Origin: Heterodontus francisci | Lineage: Eukaryota | DNA length: 64,000 nt | Assembly (NCBI RefSeq): GCF_036365525.1 | Contig: NC_090371.1 | Coordinates: 33,835,387 to 33,899,386 of the forward strand | Direction of reading: 5' to 3' | Part shown: piece by piece, positions 39,022-50,989 of the stretch | How the letters are laid out: every line of letters begins with the position of its first letter | Position numbering within the stretch: the stretch's first letter is position 1 | Made by a program: the position numbers and the translations under genes | The notes under the pieces: model-generated | The model's database searches: none | What the model was told of the DNA's origin: nothing | What the model saw: only the letters and a program-made list of their open reading frames with translations

Positions 39022-39443
39022 AGGGGAGTGGTGGCATTGTGGTAATGTTATTGGATGAATAGTCCAGCGACCAGTCCTAATGTTCTGGAGATATGAGTTC
39101 AAATCCTGCAGCAGCTGAGGGCATTTGAAATACTACTAATCAATAAATGTGGAATAAAATGTGAGTCTCATTAATAATAATCATGAAGCTACTGGGTTGT
39201 CATAAAAACCCTGCTGGTTCCCGAATGCCCTTCAGGCGAAGAAAGCTGCCGTCATCACCTGATCTGGCCTATATGTGACTCCAGATGCGCGCCAATGTGG
39301 TTGGCTCTTCACTGCCCCCTGTGAGCCTAGCAAGCCACTCCTTTGTAGACAGCTCACCACCACCTACTCAAGGGCAATTAGGGCTGGGGATAAATGCTGG
39401 CCTTACCAGCAGTGCTCACATCCCAGGAAAGAATTTAAAAAAA
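39022..39443 (+). mobile_element. tRNA-derived SINE with a LINE-shared tail
   Basis: A-box gtggcattgtggt and B-box gagttcaaatcc; tail gggcaattagggctggggataaatgctggcc shared with the LINE at 46567-47212. Confidence 0.75.
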
Positions 39444-40962
39444 CATGGTGCCTTTTAAAGTTGTGAAACACTTCCAAGGTGCTTCACAGGGACATTATCA
39501 AACATATTTGACAGCAAGATACATAAGGAGATATCGGGGCAGATGACCAAAAGCTTGGTCAGAGATGGGTTTTAAGGAGCATCTGAGAGGCAGAGAGATT
39601 AAAGGAGGGAATTCCTAGAGCTTGGCATCTAAGCAGATGAAAGCAATTCTATCAATGGTGGAGCAATGAAAATTGGGGATGCAGAAAAGGCCAGAATTGG
39701 AGGAGCGCTAAGATCTCGGAGGGACTTGAGGCTGAGGAGACACAAAGGTAGGGAAGCCAGGGAGGAATTTTAAAATAGAGGCATTGCCAGGTTGGGAGGC
39801 AATGTAGGTCAGTGAACATAAAACGAATTATGTCAAAACTTTGACAAATGTTGATCGATTCGGAGCTATTTCTGTGTATATTTAATTACATCATGGGTGG
39901 GGGTGGGAAAGATTTGTTGGAAGGTCTATTCTGTAGCGGAATTGAAAATCGGGAGACATATTGAACGGACTGCCTACTCGCCACCACCCATTTTACACAA
40001 CATCAAAAACTTGCATTTTTATAGCACCAAGAATGTAGCAAAACATCCCAATGGGCTTCTCAAGGGGGTTTTCAATCAAAATTTGACACCGAGCCAGTAA
40101 GGAGATATTATAGCAAATGACCAAAAGCTTGTTCAAAGACTATTGTGCAGTCAAGATACACCCTGGTGATACCAGGGAGCTAAATTAACAACAACCAGGA
40201 ATCACATATCTGATCGGTCGATGGACCTACTGTGTATTTCTCTAATCTTCTCTTTTTATTTTAATATCACTGTATCTTTAAAAAGGGTGCATTGAGAATT
40301 CCTGTGCCATCAGAATAATGTGAAGGTTTAACTTCTCAACGCTTGTACATCATCCAATATTTGCTGTGTTTCCATTATTAATCTGTATTCAATGTGTTGT
40401 ATCCACAGCATACAAAGTATACCCTGCTCAATAATAATGATCTACCTGAACATTTGTCACAGTTTTTCTCATCCCAGTATCCTATTTACAGACAATTAAT
40501 TAACTACAATGTCATTGTTTCCATTATTTGATACTAATCTAGGCCTGAGGAAGGAAAGCTATGTTCTTGTGTTGTTCAAATCCCTGATTATGCAATTTGT
40601 TCGGTGTCATTTGATCAGAATCCAAGGGTTCATTGTGGCATTAGGTTTTGTTCCATGTGAACTATTTTATTTGTGTTAGCTTCTCAAATAAATCCCACTT
40701 AAATAGCAGAACCTTGGTGTGATTGCTTCTGGCACCAAACACAGAAACAGTAACAAAGAAATCAACTGTGACTGTGGCGCTCCAGTCAATACAGTTCAAG
40801 AGGACAGGAGCGAGTGAAATAATGAATGCAGTATAACTTAAATCAACAAATGGCAAATAAGCCACTGGCAATTATCGTTAAACATTGCTGGAATGGAGAA
40901 AATGCTGAAGAACAGACCTTCTAAATGTTCCAATGATCCTCCCTCTACCATATCCAAACAAT

Positions 40963-41642
40963 GGGCTGTATTTTATCTGGCCCTTGGAGACAGGATGGGA
41001 GGTGGGAGGGGGCAGACAATATGGCATTGGGAGGCATTGGGTGGCATGCCTGACATTCTGCTGCCACCATGCTATTTTGTCCTCGTCAGGGGTGGAGGAT
41101 GGCCAGTTGAACCACTTAAGTTGCCAATTAAGGGCCAATTAACAGCAGTTTCCTGTCTCCGCTGTCATTTAACTAACGTCAGCGGGGCCAGTCGCCTCAT
41201 GGAGACACCACTGGGTGAGACCTGACGGCCTTCTGGTGGGCTGGGGTGGGTGGGCCCCTCCTTTTGGTGCAATCCATGGCCAACAAAGGGCCCACCAACA
41301 GCAAGACCACCCCCTGCCCTCACCAACCACTCATCCACCACTCATCGGGGCCTGTCTGACTGGGCCCAGCATCCCACATCCCACTTACCTTGGTCCCAGG
41401 GTACAGTCCATAATGCTGCTTCATGCCGGGTATAGAACAGCAGTGGCCAACAGCCCTTTGATTGGCCGGCAGTTCCAGGGGTGGGATTTTGGTCGACAGC
41501 CCCAACAGTTGGCAGTTCATTGCCTACCCGCTATTGAATTCAGGCAGTGGTCTGACAAATGGCCAAGGCGGTGTTGCCCCCACATTCAAACCTGTCACCA
41601 GGAACCACCCACCCACCACCCCACCAAAATAAAATTCAGCCC
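40963..41642. mobile_element. Harbinger-type MITE
   Basis: TIRs gggctgtattttat / ataaaattcagccc (13/14 match); 3-bp flanks aat/aac. Confidence 0.7.
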
Positions 41643-42184
41643 AACGTGACCTAATCTCCTTCAGATGAGCAGCTCTATTATTTCAGTGTAAATTTTATAA
41701 ACCAGCTACCCTCAGGATCATACTACAGTGTGGTGCCAAGTAAGGGTAGTTTTATGCCCACTAGGAGTTGGCATAAGGAGACATTTGTCTCACCAATCTG
41801 GACTAGATGCAATGGGCGGAGCGATCAACTTCAGCAGGAGTGTAAAACGGGTGGTATCGGATCGGCCATCTGTCTGATTTTCCCTTTCACTGACGCCGAA
41901 GGTGAAAGTTGCTCCCAATGGGCAGAATCGTACCCAGTTGGAAATTTTTCTGTGGTCGGGGCCAAAGGTGGGTCCCAACGCTACAGGGAGACATGATCTT
42001 ACAGTTGGTGGCCAAGTAAAGAGGTGGCCTCCACGTCCACCATCCAATTAACAACAATGGGCAGGATACCAAGAGGGGAGGCCTAATCAGAGGGCCCGAA
42101 GCTGTGGACAGCCAGCAGCCCCGCCAGGAGAGGGAGGGGATCGTGAGGGTGTCTCAAAACGGAGGCACGTTCTGAAGCCCTTTT

Positions 42185-43750
42185 TAAATTCTTTCATGGG
42201 ATGTGGGCATTGCTGGCTAGGCCAGCATTTGTTGCCCATCCCTTATTGCCTTTGAGAAGGTGCTGGTGAGTTGCCTTCTTGAACTGTTGCAGTCCTTGGG
42301 GTGTAGGTACACCAAGAGTGTTGTTAGGAAGGGAGTTCCAGGATTTTGACCCAGCGACAGTGAAGGAACAGCGATATAGATGCAAATCAGTATGGTGAGT
42401 GGCATGGAGGCGAACTTGCATCTGCTGCCCTTGTCCTCCTAGTTAGTAGAGGTCATAGGTTTGGAAGGTGCTGTCAAAGGAACCTTAATGCGTTGCTGCA
42501 GTGCATCATGTAGATAGTACACACTGCTGACACTGGACATCTGTGATGGAGGCAGTGAATGTTGAAGGTGGTGGGTGGGGTGCCAATCAACTGGGCTGCT
42601 TTGTCATGCATGGTGCCGAGCTTCTTGAGTGTTGTTGGAGCTGCACCCATCCAGGCAAGTGTAGAGTATTCCATTACATTCCTGACTTGGGCCTTGTAGA
42701 GAGTGGACAAGCATGGAGGAGACAGGAGGTGAGTTACTCGCTGCAGAATTCCTAGCCTCTGACCTGCTCTTGTCGCCAAAGTATTTATATGGCTGGTCCA
42801 GTTCAGTTTCTGGTCAATGGTAACCCCCAGGATGTTGATAGTGGGAGATTCAGCGATGGTGATGCCATTGAACATTGAGGGGAGATGGTTAGATTCTCTT
42901 GTATTTGAGATGGTCATTGGTACTTGTGTCGCATGAATGTTACTTGCCACTAACCAGCCCAAGCCTGAATATTGTCCAGATCTTGTTGCATATGGACACG
43001 GACTGCTTCAATATCTGAATCTGAGGAGTTGCTAATAGTGCAATCATCATCGAACATCCCCACTTCTGACCTGATGATGGAGGGAAGGTCATTGATGAAG
43101 CAGCTGAAGATGGTTGGGCCTAAGATAGTACCCTGAGGAACTCCTGATGTCCTGGGACTGAGATGATTGACCTCCAACAACCACAACCATCTTCCTTTGT
43201 GCTAGGCATAACTCCAACCAGCCAAGAGTTTCCTCCTGATTCCAGTCCTTTAGGACTCGGCCAGCAGTAGTGCTACTGAGCCACTGTTGGTGATGGACAT
43301 TGAAGTCCCCCACCCAGAGTACATTTTGTGCCCTTACCATGCTCAGTGCTTCTTCCAATTGGCGTTCAACTTGGAGACGCACTGATACATTAGCTGAAGG
43401 AGATGGCAAACAGCAGGAGGTCTCCTTGCCCATGTTTGGGCTGATGCCATGAGACTTCATGGGGTCTGGAGTTAATGTTGAGGACTCCCAACTGTATACC
43501 ACTGTGTCACCACTTCTGGTGGATCAGGATATACCTAGGAATGGTGATGTCTGGGACATTGGCTGTCAGGTATGATTCCATGAGTATGACTATGTCAGGT
43601 CACTGCTTGACTTGTCTGGGTTACGGCTCTCCCAATTTTGGCATAAGACCCTAGATGTTAGCAGGGTCAAGTGGGCGTAGTGTGATATTGTTGTTCTTGG
43701 TTCCTAGGTCAAGGCCAAGTGGTCCATCTGGTTTTATTCTTATTTGTTTT
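42185..43750 (-). mobile_element. CR1/L2-group LINE, internally deleted
   Basis: GVPQGTILGPTIFSCFINDL...MFDDD (RT), LWVGDFNVHH (EN), LGVTIDQKLNWTSHI. Confidence 0.85.
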
Positions 43751-43769
43751 TTCTGTGGTGGTTGGTATA

Positions 43770-44095
43770 ACTGAGTGGCTTGCTAGGCCATTTCAGAGGG
43801 CAGTTAAGAGTCAACCACATTGCTGTGGAGTTGGAGTCACATGTAGGTCAGGCCAGGTAAGGATGGCAGATTTCTTTCCCTAAAGGGCATCAGTGATGCA
43901 GATGGGTTTTTCCCAACAATCTGGTAGCTCCATGGTCATCATTACTGATGACTAGCTTTGCACTCCACGTTTGTTAATCAATTGAATTTGAATTCTACCA
44001 GCTACCATGATGGGATTTGAACTCATGCCCCCAGAGCATTAGTCAGACTTCTAGATTATTAGTCCAGTAACATTACCACTACACTGCCATCCCCC
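43770..44095 (-). mobile_element. tRNA-derived SINE
   Basis: Reverse complement has the head ggggatggcagtgtagtggtaatgttactggact and B-box gagttcaaatccc. Confidence 0.75.
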
Positions 44096-44312
44096 TTACA
44101 GGCTTGCAGAGAAATAAAAATAAAGAATAGCCACAGGGGTTTCCTCTCCACAATGATGACCTGACCCCTGTGGCTATTCTTTATTTTTATTGCCCTGCAA
44201 GCCTGCAAGGGGGGGTGGTGGCATAGTGGTAATGTTACTGGACTAATAATCTCAAAGTCTGATTCATGCTGTGGGGGCATGAGTTCAAATCCCAGCATGG
44301 TGGCTGGTGGAA
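43993..44312. repeat. Long inverted repeat (~150-bp arms, 23-nt loop)
   Basis: Arm 43993-44140 is the imperfect reverse complement of 44164-44312 and includes non-SINE flank. Confidence 0.9.
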
Positions 44313-44948
44313 ACCTCTCCACCAGGATGCTTACAGCCACAGTTGTCATCTTCTCCTTCCACTGTCTCTATGCTTGAGGAATTGAGATGAAGCTTCAATG
44401 GTCTCCTGGCTTGCTATCAGAAAGTCATCTCTAAGTACCTAAGCACCATGGGGACAGTCCCAACAGCATCAGAAACTTGATCTCAAATGGTCCCTTTGTT
44501 GGCCTTATTGGCTGCCACTGCCTACACATGGGTAGCTGCTGCCATGTTAACCCTACCTCTGGCAAGATTGCTCAGAGGCAAGAACATGTCAGGGAGCTGA
44601 CCCAACACATTACTTTCAAACTTTGCTCTCAGTCCTGTCTCCAACCACGCCTCCGCAGGGCTAATAATATTTCATCCTACATTTCAGCGGTGAAGAGTTT
44701 TCCCTGATTCCTGTAATATTGCTTGATTCTTTGGTGTGTTATCTATTGTACACAAGACTACAAGTGATATCCAAAGTAAACATGGATTTTATTGTACTTT
44801 AACTGGAACATATATATACAAACAATTCCTGCACAAGCTACATCTAAATACGTCTCACTCTGTTGGGCTTCACCCACAACTAACTAGGCATGTGTGACAC
44901 AACATCATATTCTCTAGTGATCTTCACTTACAGCACTTAAGGTGGTCC

Positions 44949-45078
44949 ACAGCACTGCTGGGTGTACCTATCAGATTTACTGCAGCAGTTTAAGAAGGCA
45001 GCTCACCACTATCTTCTCAAGGGCAATTAGGGATGGGCTTAGCCAGAGATACCCACATCCCATGGAAGAATGAAAAAA
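44949..45078 (+). mobile_element. Short LINE-tail insertion inside one LTR
   Basis: Absent from the other LTR; TSD taaggtggtcc (44938-44948) / taaagtggtcc (45079-45089). Confidence 0.8.
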
Positions 45079-46566
45079 TAAAGTGGTCCTTCTTAAAGTC
45101 GCCCCACAACATCCCCCTTTTTTCCCAACGATAAACATATGTACAATGAACAATTATGTTGCGGTTCAGACTAACTATACATGATTAAAACAAAATGTTA
45201 TTTACAGGTAAGCAAATTTAACACTCCCTAAAACGTAGAGGAAGTTACTTATTCGTCCTGATCTGGTTATCGTAAACCTTTTCCCTTGCTTGGAAAACTT
45301 AAAAAATAATGGCTGGCAACATCACCAATCATCGGCAATCCCGCTGATCTCCAGGTACTTGCTGCAATGAACTGAAGCCTGAGGAGAGACTCCCGGTCAT
45401 ATCGCCTCTTCATGTCAACACTCGCAGCCTTTGTGTTGTCCTTTACATGAACCGACTCGATACACTCAACCTGGGTATTTTCTGCTGACTTTGGTGCAGT
45501 GTTGATTTCATGTATTGTGACAATTCATGGACCTCAGCATACAGGAAGTCCGGCGACAGCTGGTCCAGTTGTGTCTACAATGTAAAACATTTGTGGTAGC
45601 CATTCGGAGGTCCCATTGCTGCAATGTAAGGTTATCATTCCAATGCACTTGATTGCAGAACCATTGCAGGCAGTCAGCCTAGCTGTGGCGGGTTGTACCA
45701 TAGATTCCTATTTCTTTGATTACATGTCCTTCAGTATACAGATGGGCAGAGTATTTGCACTTGTTCGAGGGTCAATTTTAACTCTGAGCTTTTGCTTGCC
45801 ATTCTTTTGCAGACATGTTAATCCCAATCACAGTGGATGTCTCAGATAGCATAATAGCATTGACATGTTGATTTAAATTAACTATGTGAAATGCTTGCTC
45901 GCTGTTCGCACGAGTGCATTCTGCACCTGTGACCTCCTGGCAATCTGTCTCTCTGCTGACCTGATTTACCTGCTTGGGCTTTAGTTGTGTGTTGGCATAC
46001 ATTGCATTTGCCATCCTGTTTTGTGGACGTTCTCTCTACATGTGATCTGCCACCGTTCCTGTGTGCAGTATTTGATATCAGCCTTGTGCACTGTCTTGTC
46101 CAATGTCTTTGCAAAGATCCTGGTATACTGGACAAATGTGAATTGAGAGAGTCAGGCCGCATTTGCACAAGGTTTAGCAGACGTCTGAGCCTTGGTTACC
46201 ATACCAATTGTTGTAGCCAACCCCCATTGCCCCCAACCTTTGACATCCAGCCATGATGGTTTCAAATTTCCTTCCATCATTAAGCAGTACATCTATGGTC
46301 TGCCCTTTTTTCTTTTCTAGCAGGTCTTTTTGAAAGGCCTCTAGTGGGGTAGACGTGGTTATTAGCTCTATAACCGGTTCTGACAATTCAATAGCTGCAA
46401 AGTCACATTCTTGAGCTTTGTCTCGGCACCTCACGACAAACTGGTCAATGGACTCATCTTGCCTTTGCCAGTACATCATGAACTCAAGCCTCTGTACTCA
46501 GAAATTTACCTTCACTTTGAGTTGCTGCTCTAGGAATGTCCATATCTTGCTCGGGTCCTTTTGAGC

Positions 46567-47212
46567 AGAAACTGGACCAGCCACATAAATACTGTGGCGA
46601 CAAGAGTAGGTCAGAGGCTGGGAATTCTGCAGTGAATAATTCACCTCCTGTCTCCCCCACGCTTGTCCACCCTCTACAAGGCACAAGTCAGGAGTGTGAT
46701 GGAATACTCTACACTTGCCTGGATGGGTGCAGCTCCAACAACACTCAAGAAGCTTGGCACCATGCATGACAAAGCAGCCCAGTTGATTGGCACCCCATCC
46801 ACCACCTTCAACATTCACTGCCTCCACCGCAGATGCCCAGTGGCAGCAATGTGTACCATCTACAACATGCACTGCAGCAACGCACCAAGGTTCCTTTGAC
46901 AGCACCTTCCACACCTGCGACCTCTACCACCTAGAAGGACAAGGGCAGCAGATGCATGGGAACACCACCACCTGCAAGTTCCCCTCCATGCCACACACCA
47001 TCCTGATTTGGAACTATATCGCCGTTCCTTTAGAGTCGCTGGGTTAAGATCCTGGAATTCTCTTCCTAACAGCACTCTGGATGTACTTACACCCCAAGGA
47101 CTGCAGCGGTTCAAGAAGGCAGCTCACCACCACCTTCTCAAGGTTAATTAGGACTGGGCAATAAATGCTGGCCTAGCCAGCGATGCCCAAATCCCCTGAA
47201 CGAATTTTTAAA
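46567..47212 (+). mobile_element. 5'-truncated CR1/L2-group LINE inserted in the Gypsy gag
   Basis: STLYKAQVRSVMEYSTLAWMGAAPTTLKKLGTMHDKAAQL, nearly identical to the copy at ~42500-42750. Confidence 0.85.
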
Positions 47213-47988
47213 AGATCTGACAATCCTGACATATTGATCTGTTTCAGGCCTTCATTTCCCAATGCAATCTTAATTTTGTTAGCTTGTTTCTCTGGTTCGG
47301 TCACTTCTTGATCCAGGAAACACAATTCCATTCGCTGTCAGAACAGTTTAAATTCAGATGCTATGTCTGGCGCCTTCCAATCTATAACTGGATATCTGAA
47401 CGCCATTCACAGGCACACTTCTTTCTGTTTTCTTTTTAAGACAGATTTTCTTTTTGCAGACCTGTCTCTTTTAAGAGTGAGTGACTACAGCTTTTGTTGT
47501 TTACACAGCTTGGTGTTTTTAAAAATAGAGAGATCAGCTTTTTGCTGACATAGCCGCTCCAGGTAGGCAGCCTGTTGTTCTTTGTTCTTTGTTTTATCTT
47601 AGTGTGTTCTTTGGAAGAAATCAAATGTTGCCATGATATAATATTTTGCCGTCTTCAGAAAAAAATATCTATCACACCACAGCCACAATGTAATATTACT
47701 TGACCCTTTGGTGTGTGATCCACTGTAAGACTCACAGGAGTACAAGTAATATCCAAAGTAAATGTGGGTTTTATTATACTTTAACTGCAACATATATAGT
47801 GAACAGTTACTGCACGAGCTACATCGAAACACTCCTTTCTCTCTCAGGCTCCACCCACAACTAACTGGTCACGTGTGACAGGACATCATTTCCTCTAGAG
47901 ATCTTCACTTACAGCTCTTAAGGTGGTCCCTTCTTAAGGTTGTCCCACACAATCCCAGTTGACTAGTGTGGACCTGATTGAAGACAAC

Positions 47989-48646
47989 AGCAGCGGTAGC
48001 TGAAGATTAAAGTGAGAGAGATGGGGAACAGTGCGGATCCAATCGGAGTTACCAGCAGCGGTGACTGAAGATTAAAACGAGAGTGTGGGTGAACAGTGCG
48101 GATCCAATCGGAGTCACCAGCAGTGGTGACTGAAGATTAAAACGAGAGTGTGGGTGAACAGTGCGGATCCAATCGGAGTTACCAGCAGTGGTGACTGAAG
48201 ATTAAAACGAGAGTGTGGGTGAACAGTGCGGATCCAATCGGAGTCACCAGCAGTGGTGACTGAAGATTAAAACGAGAGTGTGGGTGAACAGTGCGGATCC
48301 AATCGGAGTCACCAGCAGTGGTGACTGAAGATTAAAACGAGAGTGTGGGTGAACAGTGCGGATCCAATCGGAGTCACCAGCAGTGGTGACTGAAGATTAA
48401 AGAGAGAGTGTGGGTGAACAGTGTGGATCCAATCGGAGTCACCAGCAGTGGTGACTGAAGATTAAAACGAGAGTGTGGGTGAACAGTGCGGATCCAATCG
48501 GAGTCACCAGCAGTGGTGACTGAAGATTAAAGAGAGAGTGTGGGTGAACAGTGTGGATCCAATCGGAGTTACCAGCAGCGGTGACTGAAGATTAAAGAGA
48601 GAGTGTGGGTGAACAGTGTGGATCCAGTTGGAGCCACCAGCAGCAC
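47989..48646 (+). repeat. 65-bp tandem array, ~10 units, with degenerate units extending to ~48765
   Basis: gtgactgaag recurs at 48061, 48126, 48191 ... 48581. Confidence 0.95.
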
Positions 48647-49063
48647 CAACGGAGAATACATGAGGGAGAGAACGGGGAACATTTGGACCCAATCGAACCA
48701 CTATCAGCAGCGACATTGAATAAGAGAGAGAGAGAGAGTCAGGAAACGGTGCGGACCTGATTAGTGCATTTCCCAAAAAAACGCAAGGAGTGACAGCAGA
48801 GGGCAGCAAGTAGCTGATTGGTTAGTGATGAATAGATTTTAGACTAACTACAGGAATGGATTAAACTAGGACCAGGAAGCTATAAAGTATTAAATTTACA
48901 GCTTAGCTAGTAAAACTAATTATTAAAATTGCAATCGGGCTAAGTATAACAGGAAGGGAATCAGTATTAAGAGTATTAGAACACAGCATTAATTAAAATT
49001 TATAGTTTATACAAGGTATGAACTAGATTCTAAAAGTGGGAATGGAGATTTTTTTCTTTGATC

Positions 49064-49165
49064 ATGAAAGGGCAGCTGAGACCTGTTGCTTGCAATTCCT
49101 GTGCCATGCGGGACCCCAAACATACTTTCCCTCCTTCTCTGCATCTCTGTTGGGAAGACATGTAA
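49064..49165 (+). pseudogene. CR1 ORF1 N-terminal remnant (zinc-finger start)
   Basis: MKGQLRPVACNSCAMRD...HLCW aligns with MAGELSPVICSSCAMWEIRD...HVCR at 56566. Confidence 0.65.
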
Positions 49166-49306
49166 GTCTGACTCCCTGAAGATTGCCACTTGTATCTTTG
49201 ACCTGGCTGCCATCCTTCTCCCCAGAACGCCTGCTTCCTCCAGTGATGATATTGCCTCTGAACATCAGCAGTTTTTATGACATGCCTTCTCATCAGGGGT
49301 AGCTCT

Positions 49307-50850
49307 TGTTATGAAAGCTGGACTTTGTAATATGGCTATTGTTATAAAAACTGTGATCTTTAATGCAGTGTAAATTAGACATTCGGAGGAAACATTTGAT
49401 CTCATTCAAAATCTGCCCAGAGACAAGCCAGGGGTTATGGTTACCATGAGAACAAGGAACCCAGATTAAGGACCTTTGTGAAAGCAGGGTACAAGGTTGT
49501 AACACCTAAAGGAAAATGGGTTTCACTCTCCCAGACTCTCAGATTGTAAATAGGGAGCCAGGGGCTATAAAATGCAGATTTTTAACACCTGGAAACAAAA
49601 CAAGGCCCAGGTAGTTTTGCTAGGGTCACCAGATTGCCTTATTACTGAGAGTCCAGTCGAAAGTACTCAGAAAAAGTGAGCGAAGCGGACGTTGTCTTTG
49701 AGAAGGACACTAGGAGATCCAACCCACTGCAGCTGGGAGATGTTTGGAACTTTACTACGGGGGTACCTTTTTGCTGAGAACACTGTGTAAAGTAGAAATG
49801 TGGTGTGAGGTTTTCGAGTGCATTAATAAATTAATGGGAAATACCTTTCTCTGCAATGTTGTATATTAGCTACCTATTAAGTACTGTTTAGGTAATGTTG
49901 ATTTTTAGTTTAGTTGTTATAGTAAACATCTTAAAATGTGAAATGTTGTCATGTGATTCTTTAATTGGTCACTTAGAAGTTCATATATCTTCTTTTAATG
50001 TTAGTGGTCTCTACTGAGGTCGTAACAAATTGGGGACTCATCTGGGATTTGAATCGTTCACGATTAGGCTGTAAAACGGATTTGCTGGAATTTTCCAGTT
50101 TAAACAAACATTTACTTTGGCTGGGTTCAGTGAGAAATCAACATGAGTACCATCGATGCATGAGAATTTGTTAAGAGAAAAGATTTGGCTCTCAGTTTAT
50201 TGCAGCAGTTGAAAAAGGTCAATTTCGTCACTATATCAGCACACATGGGGGGCAGTATGAGCTCAGGGGCTACGAAAATGGAAATAGTCCAAGAGTTGGT
50301 TCCTCAATTGAAGCTTGAGGAAGAAAAGGATGTTTCTGCCAATGTTCAAATCCAACGAGCCAGAGTTGAGTTAGAGAAGCTGAAATTGGAAAGAGAAAGA
50401 GCAACAGCAAAGAAGAAAGTGAAAAGGAAAGAGAGGAAAGGGAAAAAGAAAGACAGCAAAGGGAAAAAGAAAGACAGCAAAGAGAAAAGGAGAGACAAGA
50501 AAGGGAAAGAGAAAGAAAAAGAGACAGACAATTATAATTTGAAATGAGAAAACTTGAATTCAAAAGAGAAGGGGAAGAAAAAGAAAGAGAACAAGAAATG
50601 TGAAAATTGGCATGAGACCACAAAGCCGGTGGGCGTGCATGGGGTGAAAATTGAGAATGAGCCAGATGAAACTCCTCATAGTTTTGACTTGGCAAAGAAT
50701 GTATGCTTAGTACCTAAGTTTAGTGAAGGGGGAGTAGAAATATACTTTGTATCATTTGAGAAAATTGCCATGAATCTGAAGGGGCCTAAATCATCTTGGC
50801 CAATGCTTCTACAGAGATTTTTAGTAGGAAAAGCTTTGGAGGAGTAGTCC
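49307..50850 (+). mobile_element. Gypsy-type LTR retrotransposon 5' part: LTR, tRNA-Pro PBS and gag start
   Basis: LTR tgttatg (49307)...cgtaaca (50027); PBS tggggactcatctgggat (50031-50048), close to TGGGGGCTCGTCCGGGAT; coiled-coil and FDLAKNVCLVPKFSEGGVEIYFVSFEKIA gag motifs. Confidence 0.82.
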
Positions 50851-50989
50851 CCTCTGGGGGGGGCGGGGGGGAGGGGGGGGGGGCGAGAAACAGGCTGCCC
50901 GCCCCAGGCCAATCAAGGCCCTGAAGTGACCACTTAACAGCCACTTAAGGACCTTCGCCGCGTCCGCAGGTATTTTACCCGTGGCAAGC

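Larger units (their letters stand above)
44712..47951 (-). mobile_element. Internally deleted Gypsy-type LTR retrotransposon (two LTRs, gag-protease remnant)
   Basis: LTRs 44712-45111 and 47689-47951 (TG...CA); polypurine tract aaaaaaggggga on the minus strand at 45112-45123; TSD attcc/atccc; gag QRQDESIDQFVVRCRDKAQECDF; protease-like KLRVKIDPRTSANTLP; pol-end TRSGR. Confidence 0.85.

Noticed and set aside
47989-48646. CRISPR-like array
   Set aside because: Units are contiguous near-identical repeats with no unique spacers, there are no cas genes, and the context is eukaryotic.
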